This document shows positions 9,201 to 22,000 of a stretch of DNA of 64,000 nucleotides, piece after piece (the first letter of the stretch is position 1; the number at the start of each line of letters is the position of its first letter). The translations under genes and the position numbers were made by a program. The notes below the pieces were generated by a model. The model searched no databases. It was not told the DNA's origin and worked only from the letters and a program-made list of their open reading frames with translations. Origin of the DNA: Schmidtea polychroa (lineage: Eukaryota); assembly GCA_044892525.1 (NCBI GenBank), contig CM097885.1, positions 26,040,001 to 26,104,000 of the forward strand, read 5' to 3'.

Positions 9201-10463
9201 CTTGTAATTCCTTCTGAGCTTCATGATAAGTTGGATGATTTCCCTGTAGCTGCTGAAAAAATGAAACCTGCTGGGTCTAAGGTTGAAAAATTATTATTAA
9301 CTCATCTTCCAAAATCTAATTATGTTATTCATTGGAGATTATTAAAATTATATTTAGAACTTGGTGTTAAAGTAACACGTGTAAATAGAGGTGTAAGATT
9401 TAAGCAATCACCAATTTTTAAAAAATATATAGATACAAATACCGAATTAAGATCAAAAAGCGTAAATAACTTAGATAAAAATTATTATAAATTGCTAAAT
9501 AACAGTTTATACGGCAAAACAGTTGAAAATTTAAAGAGAAGAATGAATCTTCGTCTTTGTACAACTGCCGGTAAATTAGTTAAATATTCGTCAAAACCGA
9601 CTTTTAAAAAATCTATTAAAATAGCTGATAATTTAATTGCAACACTTTTGAATTCAGATTCTATATGTTTAGATAGACCGAGTTACATTGGTCAATCTGT
9701 ACTTGATCTATCTAAACTTAGAATGTATGAATTGCAATATAAGGATCTGGAATCATTTCGCAATGAGTTTAATTGTAAAATTAATATCGTTGCTGGTGAT
9801 ACAGATTCTTTTTTCCTCGAAGTCATTAACTGCAAACTTGAGGTTCTTTTACCTGCAATGATTCGAGATAATTTATTAGATACTTCCAATTACAATAGTT
9901 GTCATTCCTTATATAGTAAGAACCTTGATTCAGTCATTGGAAAGTTCAAAGACGAGAATAAAGGTCTTAAATATAAGGAGTGGGTTTTTCTTAGACCTAA
10001 ATGTTATAGCTTGTTGGGTGATGAGGAAACAAAAAAGGCTAAAGGTGTAACATTGAAAGGTAGTGACATAAAACATCAGTCATACCTAGATTGTTATAAC
10101 ACTAACCAGATTTTTTCGGTTCCTCAGACTAAAATAACAAGCAAAAATCATCAAATTTTTACAATTAAAAACACAAAAATAGCACTAACAAACAAAGATG
10201 ACAAAAGGGTTTGGGTGGGGAAAAATGCTAGTCTTGCATATGGGCATGTAAGATTAAGTGAATTAAATATTGGAGAAAATGTTGGAGAAATTGTTGCAGA
10301 AAATGTTTCAGAAAATGATGGAGAAGATGTTTCAGAAAATGATGGAGAAAATGATGGAGAAGATGAGGAAGAATTAAATGAAGATTTTGGAGAAGATGAG
10401 GAAGAATTTAATGAAGAAGATGACATCGATATCGATGACGTTATTTTGTCCGATGAGGACTAA
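6203..10463 (+). CDS. polB: Protein-primed family B DNA polymerase (pPolB), split by a +1 frameshift near 9113-9145
   Basis: ExoI VVYADFEAIL; endonuclease VII-like CYLC..VRDHDHFTGKYLGAACSTCN; FHNLKGYD; FIDSYQF; KGIFPY; motif A YIDINNLYGWALSQ.LP in ORF1. ORF2 has motif B YKLLNNSLYGKT, motif C GDTDS, RPKCY and KAKGV. Confidence 0.95.
6581..6940 (+). repeat. In-frame coding tandem repeats in the pPolB N-terminus: 27-nt (ESNDGLSFA) x5 and 51-nt (NNEFDNLSLDSWDVGEP) x3+
   Basis: Visible directly in the DNA and the translation. Confidence 0.95.
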
Positions 10464-10529
10464 TTTTATTGAATAAATTTTATATCTTTACATTTGTTAA
10501 TTGTTTGTGTTTTATGTGTCTAGTTCATT

Positions 10530-10548
10530 TTTATGTATTTGGTCGATA

Positions 10549-10625
<77 letters not shown>

Positions 10626-10626
10626 T
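10530..10626. repeat. (ATT)n microsatellite
   Basis: Long ATT run after the polB stop. Confidence 0.95.
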
Positions 10627-10654
10627 TTCGTTAAAATTTTCATTTGACTTTGAA

Positions 10655-12111
10655 AAATATTTCATAAAAATTTTCATTAAAAGTTATCTTAAAAATTTCC
10701 ATCTAAAATTACCTAAAAAAAATATTTCATAAAAATTTCCATTAAAAATTACTTAAAAAAATATTTCATAAAAATTTCCATTAAAAATTACTTAAAAAAA
10801 TATTTCATAAAAATTTCCATTAAAAAATTTCAATTCTCAAACACCTTCAACTTTTTGTTAATAAATTTTAAAATCTTACTTTAATTTACTTATTACATTA
10901 CTTTAATTTACTTATTTAAAAATTATTACTTTAATTTACTTATTTAAAAATTATTACTTATTTAAAATTTTTTACCATTGATTACTTAATTTTAAATTTA
11001 GACCTTAATTAACTTTAATTTAATTTTTTAGAACCTTAATTTACTTTAATTTAATTTTTAGAACCATTATTTACTGTAATTGAAAAATTTGAGCCATAAT
11101 TAACTTTAATTTAATTTTTAGAACCATTATTTACTTTAATTGAAAAATCTGGACCATAATTTACTGTAATTTAATATTTTAGAACCATAATTTACTTTAA
11201 TTTAATTTTTAGAACCATTATTTACTTTAATTGAAAAATTTGGACCATAATTTACTGTAATTTAATATTTTAGAACCATAATTTACTTTAATTTAATTTT
11301 TAGAACCATAATTACCTTATTTGAAAAATTTGAGCCATAATTAACTTTAATTTAATTTTTAGAACCATTATTTACTTTAATTGAAAAATTTGAACCGTAA
11401 TTTACTTTAATTGAAAAATTTACCACGTTTTTTAGTGTAGACCACCTATTTCTCAGGACCAAGGAGACTCACCTCACTATAGCGTGATAAATCCTTGGCT
11501 TTTTTATTGATAGTAGGATTTTTGTATAGAAAAAAATTTTTCGTATTGAAAATCCCAGGACCAAGGAGACTCACCTCACTATAGTCTGAAAAATCCTTGG
11601 CTTTTTTAGTGGTAGTCGGATTTTTGTATTGAAAAAAAATTTTTGTATTGAAAATCCCAGGACCATCGAGACCCCCTCACTATAGTGTGAATAATCCTTG
11701 GCTTTTTTAGTGGTAGTCGGATTTTTGTATTGAAAAAAATTTTTTGTATTGAAAATCCCAGGACCATCGAGACCCCCTCACTATAGTGTGAATAATCCTT
11801 GGCTTTTTTAGTGGTAGTCGGATTTTTGTATAGAAAAAATTTTTTGTATTGAAAATCCCAGGACCATCGAGACCCCCTCACTATAGTGTGAATAATCCTT
11901 GACTTTTTTATTGATAGTCGGATTTTTGTATAGAAATTCCCAGGACCATCAAGACCCTCTCACTATAGTGTGATAAAAAAAAATTTGGACCAAAAATCCC
12001 TGAAAGCAAAAAATGAGTTGGGAACAATTGCGTAATAAAAATTTGGGAACAAACCCCCCCCCCCCCCGGGGGGGGGGGGTAATTGTTCCCGTAGGCCACT
12101 ATCTACCTACT
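10655..12111. repeat. Polinton right terminal/subterminal region (probable TIR): 39-bp AT repeats, degenerate AT repeats, about 101-bp tandem units (11453-11975) and a C14G12 hairpin
   Basis: Units start at about 11453, 11555, 11657, 11758, 11858 and 11939. The same motifs occur in inverted form next to the second terminus at 62634. The inner boundary is estimated. Confidence 0.75.
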
Positions 12112-13071
12112 CACCCAAAATAGCAGTGATAAGCATTCCTAATCATTGGAGTAAGAGAACGTTTCTGTGTGGAAAATGTCGCTTTACCGCACACATAACA
12201 GAATTTATCAGCTTTATTTACACACTTTTGAGGTATTTCAAGATAATGAATGCTAACTGACACGAAAAATTCATGTGCACTACTCAAAAGCTTGTCTATG
12301 ACTGATTCATAACAGAGGAAGATATTTAATCAGTAAATGTGCTGACTCAGCACCAAATTGTTGTAAATGTGAGGACGTAGCACAAAATTCGTACAGGACT
12401 GCTATAGCAAGTACAACTGAAACGAAGATATACCCAATGTTTAAGAAAACAGCAGTTTCTAAGTAAAATTTACTGTATCATAAAAACTAGAGCTAAACAA
12501 CATTTTTTAATGTCATACTATTTTTCAGCACAGCAAAATTAGTTATAATTGACTGATTTCATCACCGATACATATTTTGGCTGTTTATCGGTTATAATTA
12601 TAATTAATAAACATTCATTTATTAAATTTCAAATTATTATATATTTTACTAACAATTTACATGTTATATGGCATTTAAGATAGTTGATAGTTATTAAAAT
12701 GTTGCATATTTTCATTGTAAATAAATCAAACCTATTTATCAAAATATTAAAAGATTGTACTAATTGCAAGATTTGAATAAATGTTGATTTATCGTTTCCA
12801 TTAAAACTATTTCTTATGTATGACACTATATAATTTATCCTATGAAGAAGGATGGATGCAAGATAATTCTGATGTTTTAGTCACGACATTAAACCTTTCG
12901 GCAATTTTCTAAAAAGTTTTTGAGAAAATATTAAATTAACTTATTTATACTTGATAAAGAACTGTAATATTTAGGACGCGCAAATTTCTTTTAAGTGATA
13001 CTATACAAATTTTACTCTAAATTTTGAAACAATTACTCACAATACATTTTCAATTATTTATTTATTTTTAG

Positions 13072-16000
13072 GTAAGATTTCCAAATATTGTAACGGTTAA
13101 TAGAGCGACAGCTCACAATCACATTGATAAGGAAACTGGACTTGTTCATTTTTTGGGATTTGCTAATTACCCTGTTCCTTCATATGCTTTTTTTACAATA
13201 CCTCCAATTAAGAAAGAAGATTCTGCAAATTTGAATGGGAAATATGATATGGAGAAATTACTTACTGAAGCAAAGATAGTTGGAAAGGTTAAATTTTATT
13301 CTATTAAAATATTTTTCCTTTTAAAAAACAAATGATTTTTATTATTGCTATGCGGTTATTATATTAAAAGGTTTTTCGATTAGTTTGGACAATCTTTTAT
13401 CATTCAATTTGAGCATGGATAATTTTTATTGAGTAAAAAACAAATTTACAATATAGATGGAGATAAAAATGCAATACGAGATTTAAAATCCTCAATAAAG
13501 TTTTGACTATTTTTCATTTTGTTAAAAGTTTGGACGGTCATGATGGTACCATATGAGAAATCAGTAAAAACCTAAGAATATACCGTATTTTAGCGCATAT
13601 AACGCGCACGTTATACGCATTTTTACAAACCGTGCACCCCCCATGCGCGGTATCTGTGGGTGCGCGCTTTATGATTTATATTTTACACGTGGCGGCATTG
13701 CCAGTGGAAATATTTTTATGATGTGACAGTAACCCTACCATCGGTTTTATTGTTTATTGTAATCAGATACCGTGCGCGTTATATGCGCTAAAATACGGTA
13801 TATTGTTTTTTTATTTTCCATGTGATAACTTCACTCACCAATCAAGACAGATGTTTGTGGTTTTTTAAATAATATTTTATTGAAACTCAAGTAACAAATA
13901 GTGCCATAAATCCTTATTACTTAATATGAATCGTAAATTGAGTCTCGAGAGTTTTGTAATGCTAATTTTGCACATACTGTATGGTCTTCTCAGCTCAAAT
14001 ATTGCTGTACTGGTTGTCGATTACCAATGGCTCCCAACTCCAATAAAACACTTTTTTGCCTTTTCATTGTTTTTGACTCTTATTCAATTTAGCGTAGGAA
14101 TTTTATCTATAACCGTGATCAGAAAGCCAAATGTCAAATCACGCTCCAAAAATGAACGAACATTTCTCATTTGTGGCAATAAAATAAAACCCTAGATAAC
14201 ATAGATTGCACACAAATTCCACCATGTATTACTCAAAATTGAAAGTATATCATCTATCCATTTAATTGCAGGCATTTCGAACTTTGTCTGGCTTTGGTTG
14301 TGTACAATTCTTTCCATTGGACATTCATATTAGCTTACAATTTCATCGACAAAATCGAATGCAATATTTTGGGGCGAGTTTCACCGCCTTAGTTTTCATC
14401 CTTTAAAGCGATTCAGAATCTGGCGTTGACAGTCAATATATTGTGCAGTCCGTAAATCTAATAATTTCTGCTGATGATGTAGACAGACCATAACGTCATT
14501 GTTCGCTCAGTATTCAAAGCCGTTGTGTCCATGGCGATCATTTTTATCGTTCCCCATACTCGAACATATTCTTTATACCAGTGACAATTGTTTGCATGCT
14601 CGAATTTTCCATTGTGAGTACTCTCAATCTAATTTCTTTCTGAAATTTTTAATAAAATCATCTGCTGGGAAAATTTTCTTTTCTTCCATTTCGCCAGGAC
14701 GCTTTAGAAAGCTTTCGTGTTCAGATATTTTCTCGCTATAGACTTTGATGTTATTAAGGAAATTTAACTTTCAGACCTACAGAGTATTCAATTCTCTAGC
14801 AATCATTTTTATATCTGTTTTTGCGGTACTTCTCATTTCTTGTAAGATAATTACATGCTCTGATAATGGCACTTTTCTTAAGAATTGTGCAAAATTTTTC
14901 TAATGAATCTTCAACACTTGGGATGTTTTTCATTGTTGAACAACCTTGTCAAATCTTACCAGATTATCGGCCCACGTGGCAGTGTTTTCATTAATATCAT
15001 TACTTGATTGTCTGAAAGCCATAAAAATCTCTCAATGACCAAAAATGTGCAATAGTTTGACAAAATAAGTACAGTATTATTATTTATATATTTATTTATA
15101 ATTTACATAGGTATATTTTACAGTGTAATTGTACAATATTTGCAATATTAATTATTACATAATAACATTTTGCACTGTATCATGGGCACAATTTATCATG
15201 TAAAAATATATATTTTAATAATAGATGATATAACGGACAGTCTACTTTTTTGAAGTTTTAGAACTAATAACAACAAAATTTATTATGAATGAGCTTTTTA
15301 GACTTTCTGATATTGCCATATAATTCTATTCCTTATATTTTCTGTTTTTTAAATACCGATGTAAGTAACATTTTTTCATCTTTCTCTAAATAATTCAAAG
15401 AATCTTCTAAAATGTAAAATATTACCATCAAATATCAACTATTCATTATTCGTTGTTGATAATTGCCCAAATGTTTATCGAGTCATGATGACGATGCTTC
15501 ATTTGTTATTTTAGTTCGAAATTGTTTCTTACGATTTGCATTCAATTGAAATATGATGAGCAGGGTCTCGAGACCTATTAACATAGGAAAATTTCAAAAT
15601 TGACTTTTTGACCTATCGTTTGTAGAACAAATTCTTTTTGTTTATTATTATTACTTAAAGTTTTATATTATAAAACTTTAAGTAATAATAAGAAACAAAA
15701 AAAATTTATAAGAATAATAAATTAATTATTCTTTACTTGAAGTTTTTTCAATTATGAGAATTTTCAGAATTGACAAACTTTCGCTTGCAGAATGCTTTCA
15801 ATTTTGTAGCATGTCATCGATGTATGGGAAATATTTATTGTGTAAAGAGCAATCTTGAATTTATTCCATTATTTAACTGCTTTTCCAAACTCGACTAAGC
15901 TCGCCTTCAAATGATATAGTTTTCACAAGTTGTAAAAGAATAAATTTCTTTGGAAATTTGTCAAGTGGTAATGGCAATTTTTACTATTTAGGTTGTTTCG

Positions 16001-19000
16001 TGACATATTTTTGTCTTAGATCACATCCTGTGTTTGTTTGACTAACATTATTTCTTTTCAATCTGTCTTACTGTTTCCAATCAACTACCATTTTTGAAAC
16101 AATTAGTGTCCATGAAGCGAAAATAGTTTCGTTATTTCATTGCACAATTATGTACAAAAAAGAGTAAAAGATATGCTTAGTTTCAAGTACGTTGCAAAGA
16201 ACCGGATTGTGAATTAATAATTTTTCAGCTAGATAAGAATTACGATTTGATGAAAACAAGTAAAAGCTGTGTTTTAAATATCTCAAATATCAGCGCTTAA
16301 ACTGTTTTAGTATTGATTTTTTATATGCAAAATCTCACGGTTTCAAATCATTTTGGAATTCATTTAATTTTTTTCAAAATTCAAAAAGCCGCTAAAATTT
16401 CAAGTTTTAGCGCTGTGAACACAACTTCAATGTGTTGGTGTGTGTGAGTGAGGCAACAAAGCTTAATAAAACGCATTGTTATCGACAATGAGTCTATTCG
16501 CCAAGTTTTAGCTCGATCGAATCACTGGAAGTTACTTAGAGCACACAAGATTTGCGTATCACATTCGTTCAACGACAACGCAGTTTAATATAAAGGATTT
16601 TAAAAATGTTTGGATGACGACATGATAAATAAAACCATGTTTGTCAACACGAAGAAACTGTTGCAACTAGAAAGACTATGTCAACTGAGGAGATCCTTCA
16701 AATTTTTGTTTAATTGCTATTGTAGATATAGTGGGAACAAATATTGAAATATGACACTCTACTGGGCTATTTATTATAAGGACTTGAATATAATTACTGC
16801 ATGTCTATTCACTTTCTTTTGCAGCTGACCGAATGTTAGAGATTATTTTTGAAAATAATTTTTGATTTGCACAAAGAATGTTGTTATGTTTTTAGTAAGT
16901 ATTCCTCCATACAAATAACAGCATATTCACCTTTTAATTTGAATGATTTTATTTTGATGTCATAATTTCAACAACTTAGATAAATGCTCGTTGGAAGCTG
17001 AATCCAAGCTATTATCACAGCTTTGGAATAACGGAAAATTATTACATTCACTTGGAATGTCCTTTGACTATCAGCATTGTTGAAATGATGAAAACAAAGA
17101 TATGGGGTTCTTCATTTGCAGATGCCTTTAAATGGTGGCCTCAAGAAAAAGTTCGATTTTATTTGCACTTATTTGTATTTGTTGTTGAAAATCAAAATTA
17201 GACAATAATTCATGTGATGGACAGAAAAAGTGGCGAATTATTGTCACATGTTTATGTGACAGATCCTTTGTTTACTTTTCACCACATCAATGCTTATGAA
17301 GATCAAGGTAAATGAAGACCTTTAATTGTTTATTAAATTTTAACATCTATTGTCATGTTGATAAATTGGATACACTTTGATTTGTTTACTATTATTTTCA
17401 TTTATTATTCCTTTAGATTTATTGTATTTATTATTTATTTATGAGTTGTAATATTTTATTATTGGATTTATTTTAATTTTAAGTGTAGGTACCAAGGAAT
17501 AGTAAAATTTTATTCGATCTGACTTATCCCAAAATTTGATACATTATATTAGGTTTTTCCAAAAAGTAGCGACTGATTTTTATTTTCAAATTGAAATAAG
17601 CATAACTTTCCATTAATTTATTCAGTGGCGTAGCTAGAGTACTTGGCGCCCTGGGCTTACTATAAAAAATTTTTTGTGATATTAAAATAGACATATGTAA
17701 AAACGCCAAATATAAAATGCATATTAATAAATTCTAAAATAATATTTTAAAAAAATATAAAATATAAAATATAAAATATAACAAAACTAGAAAAAAACTG
17801 GAAAACAGAAAAATAAAATCCCTTTTTCATCGTTTATTTAAAAAAAATTTCAATGCTTGGCTATATTTATATATTTTATATATATATATATTGCGTTCAA
17901 TCCGGCGCCCCAAAAATTGTGGCGCCCGGGGCAACTGTCACCCCTCGCCCCTCCTCGCTACGCCACTGAATTCATTGCTGTCCAACTTCTCAGCAAGTGT
18001 ATGCCATTTTAAGAAAACTTAAAGAAAAAAAGTTATTAACATAATTATTAATGAGAAAACTGCGTATTTATATGGGCAGAGAGAGCTTCGATATGAATAT
18101 CAATTTTGATTGAGGAAAATTTTAAAATTTCTTCTAACGTTTTGTTGGTCGCTGAATTTCTATATTTAGATTTGATATATTTCATGTCCGCAAAAGCTTG
18201 CTCACAAATATAATTTTAAGCTCAAATCGCGAATTTTCGGATATTTTTCTTTTCGAAACATTTTGAATAAATTTACTGCCTTTATTTAAAAAATTCATCT
18301 GCTTGCAATTCACATAGTTCAATTTGATGTTTAATATTGGTTTCTTCAACTTCGAAAGTGAACGGATTATTAAATAATTTTAAACCCTGCGCTTAGCCAG
18401 CGAACTTGGCTATGCAAAAGTAGGTCACCATATTTGACATTAACTTCTAGAAATTCTGTAAATTTACGATGAGTGAGTCCTCGGTTTCCGCCTCTTATTG
18501 CATTTGTTATTTTCATAGCAGTACTCATCGTGCAACTTAATCTCATAGTGTTTCCACATAAAGCTTGCCGAAGAATAATTAATCCCAATATTGTTTGAGC
18601 AGTCCAGCAAGTACTATTTTTCCCCAACCATTGGTTTTGCTCCATCAGTTACAATGGCAGTGAAATTTTCAAAACCATACACACACACAACCTTTTTGAG
18701 TTCCTCATAAATATCGACACCTTTTGATGTTGAATATAGGGAAGCCAAAGTGCATTTCCAAACTTTGTTAATGTTTCACAAAAAGTTGTATATTCTCTTT
18801 TATGTCGTGTGTCTAACAAAGGCCAGTTAAAAGTGGAAACATGTCAAATTGAAGTTTTTTTAAATTTGATTTCCATACATCTAATTTTTTGATTAACGCT
18901 TTTACTTTGTCTATTGGAATCAGTTGCTGAATTTGTGGACCTTGAATTGGTTTAGTTAAAGCCCTCAGTTACATAAATTTTAGTATGTAAGCACTGAATA

Positions 19001-22000
19001 AATTACTTCAATTTATTTTGGCACGTTATTGAATATCAGAACATATATTTATGTATATAAGTGACGATCTTAGACAATTTTAAAATAATGCCGCACAAGG
19101 ATAATCGCAGTGCCGACCGAAGTCATATATTTTCTTTTCAATTGACATTGTATTTATTAAAATGCTTGACTATGAATATATGAATTTTCGACACAGCCTT
19201 TTTCAAGTGATTTTGATCTTTATTGGTCCTTTTTATCTTTATTATGATAATTATTTTATGTTGTTTTATATCGACGTATTTTTGGGAAAACATTTATACT
19301 ACTGATTTTTATAAAAAAAATGTAAATAAGATTTTGCTTTAACTCTACAATATCCAGAAGTTATTAATAATTACTAACAGGCTTCATGAATTAGTTGAGT
19401 TGATTAAGACCTTTAAATATTTTGAGAATTCAAAATTGATGTTGCCATTAATTATACGTTTCACGGATGTGTAAGAAGGGAATCCCTACAAGATATAGTT
19501 AGTAATAATGAGTAGCGGTAAATTGCTCGAAATAGTGAAATATGTTGCTCAAAGAAAAATAATTAAATTGGCTAGAACTAAGACAAACACATTTTCATTG
19601 AATTAATCAAATATCTGTCTATAGGACACATTGTTATCGACTATTGTGGCTATGATGATGGATCTGTTGTTCTGAATTTATTCATTGACAGCTTGAGAGA
19701 AAAATTTCCAAAATCAGTCCCAAGTGTGCCACGAAGATTAATAGTTCCATTAAAATTTGATGAAAAGGTTATTTATTTTTTCTTATTTATTTTGATTAAA
19801 TCAATAAAAGTTAAAATTTTAAATTATTTTTAAAGTTTATAAAAAATTTTATAAACAAAATACTTTATGTAATGATGTTATAATTGGTTATTTCAAGTAA
19901 TTACTTATTCATGAGCCACTAATATACTTTTAATGTTTAATAATAACTGTGGGCAAATTCTCCAAATGAATCAATTGTCCTCAACATCAATGGTGTCACT
20001 TGGGTTTGTGTCACCCAATGCAGTAAAATAATAGTGTCGCCCACTCATCCATCCAGAGTCTAAACTTTTACTATGGAGTCATGAAGAATCTTCCTCCACT
20101 TGACCATTCATAATCGGCTATAGTAATGTTTGTAAAATAACTCGAAAAATAAATAAGGGCATAAGAAAAAAGACAAAATAAATAATTTCCTGTAAAAAAT
20201 GATTCTTAATTCATTAAGATGTATTTGAAATTTTCCTTTCCCGGTCTTCAAAGCTATTAACCTGTTAATCAATGCATGAAAATCACCATATAACTTTCAA
20301 TTTATAATAAAGTCAGATCAGAAAGTTTTGACTGTTTCAAGGTGAATCTCAAATAGTTCTTTATAAGTTTATGTTTTGGAAAGCTCTTCTCACATGAAAC
20401 CTCAGACACGCGGATAGTAGGAAATAAAAGTATAAAATTACATAAGAATAATCATTCTCATAAAAATTAATATTTAAAAACATCTTCAATTTTCTGAAAC
20501 CATGTGACTTGGCACGTTGACAACTCTAAATTTTCCTCCGAGCAGTTCTGAATCTTGTATTTATTTAAGCACCAGATACAGTAGTGGCACTCTGTATCTG
20601 CTCAGGTATTTAATTATGATTGGTTATGGAACCCAACTAGGTATAGTTCTGTCTGCTCTGCCAAATTTGCAATTTTCCATTTTAGTGTCACTCGGTGGAG
20701 CCCGTACCCCACAAAGCCTTGTAATAACGTCACTACTCAAAATTTATATACAATTATTCCATGTTCTATATGATTTTAGACCACTATAAATTATGTGCAA
20801 CTTCCAAATTTTGAGACAATAATTTAAATATATTGACATTAATATTGGAATAAATATGGCAATGATTTAATTATTAGAAAGCGTTTCTCAAACATCAACA
20901 ACATAGAAATTACAATGGATATTATAGATTTATTAAACAATTAATTAATAATCCATTAATTTTAAAATTTTAACAATAATATTTAAATTAACCATTCAAT
21001 ACTTTTGAGAAAAAAACAACAACAATACGCATGCACGTAATTTACCATACAAGACTATTTAAAAACTTTCAAATAACATCATTTTGCACATTAGTTTTTG
21101 AATCCAACGATCTTATCAACAGCGCTACTCAATAATTATTAAAAATCTTAAACAAAATTTTAAAACCAGATATGCCTTTTTCCCTCGCATAAATTTTTTA
21201 CTTACTAATATTGGTCAATCCATTCAATAGACAATGTTCAAGAACTCAAGTACAAAGATGACGGGAAGTCTCTCCAATGTTTGTGGCATTACATCTATTA
21301 CATGTAAATTGATAAACGAGATCTGATCATAATCCAGTCACAGTTGTAGACTTGTTAATAAACATGTTGTTTACTTTACACGAATTACTATCGATTCTGT
21401 AATTTAAATTGATAAGTTGTTTGTTTATTTTCCTTTTATAATTTTTGTAATCTTCCGAGTATGTAGTATCAAAACGAATTTAGGCTCATAATATTGTTCG
21501 AAACTAGTTTTTCCATTAGAAATTTCATTGAAGATTACTTTAAAACTTAATTTTATTCAGTTATTCGTCCTAAAACTAAAATTTAATTTGGAATTTTTGT
21601 CATAAAAGAAATGAAATATCAAAAAAGAAAACAGATCAAAGGAGACCAAAAAATAAAGAGAAATTTACTAAAAGCAAAAATCAAAATAAATTTTCTCTAT
21701 TTGTATATTTTCATCTCAAAATTTAAAATTTAAATAGCATTTAAATATAAAATTGTTTCAGTGCATAAAATAATATCAGTCCAGTAAATTATTTATTTAT
21801 TTTCAAAAAAAAATGCAAATATATTTTAAGTAACGGAGAAATTTTTTTATTTATATTATATTATACAAGATTTTTTGTTTCTACTGACTCAAATAATTTT
21901 AACTTGGTCAACGACTACTTGATAAAAGCAATGACCAAAATCCGTGCAAATATTTTAAACAAAATTTTGATAGATTGCTGTAAATGTTACTTTTAGTAAC

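Larger units (their letters stand above)
1..12111 (+). mobile_element. Polinton/Maverick (adintovirus-like) element, right-hand portion; left end lies outside the window
   Basis: Co-linear integrase, 2x penton, major capsid, adenain protease and protein-primed PolB. The cluster ends in ...CCACTATCTACCTACT (reverse complement AGTAGGTAGATAG), the AGT/AG-rich terminus typical of Polintons. Confidence 0.96.

Noticed and set aside
11464-11482. GACTCACCTCACTATAG resembling the T7 promoter or vector contamination
   Set aside because: It lacks TAATACGA, is part of a native diverging repeat and has a homologue at about 62770.
11453-11975. Regular 101-bp repeats as a CRISPR array
   Set aside because: Whole units are repeated with no unique spacers, there are no cas genes, and the context is eukaryotic.
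10469-12099. Poly-Ile ORF 10469-10732 and ORFs 11606-11881 and 11908-12099
   Set aside because: They are products of the ATT microsatellite and terminal repeats.
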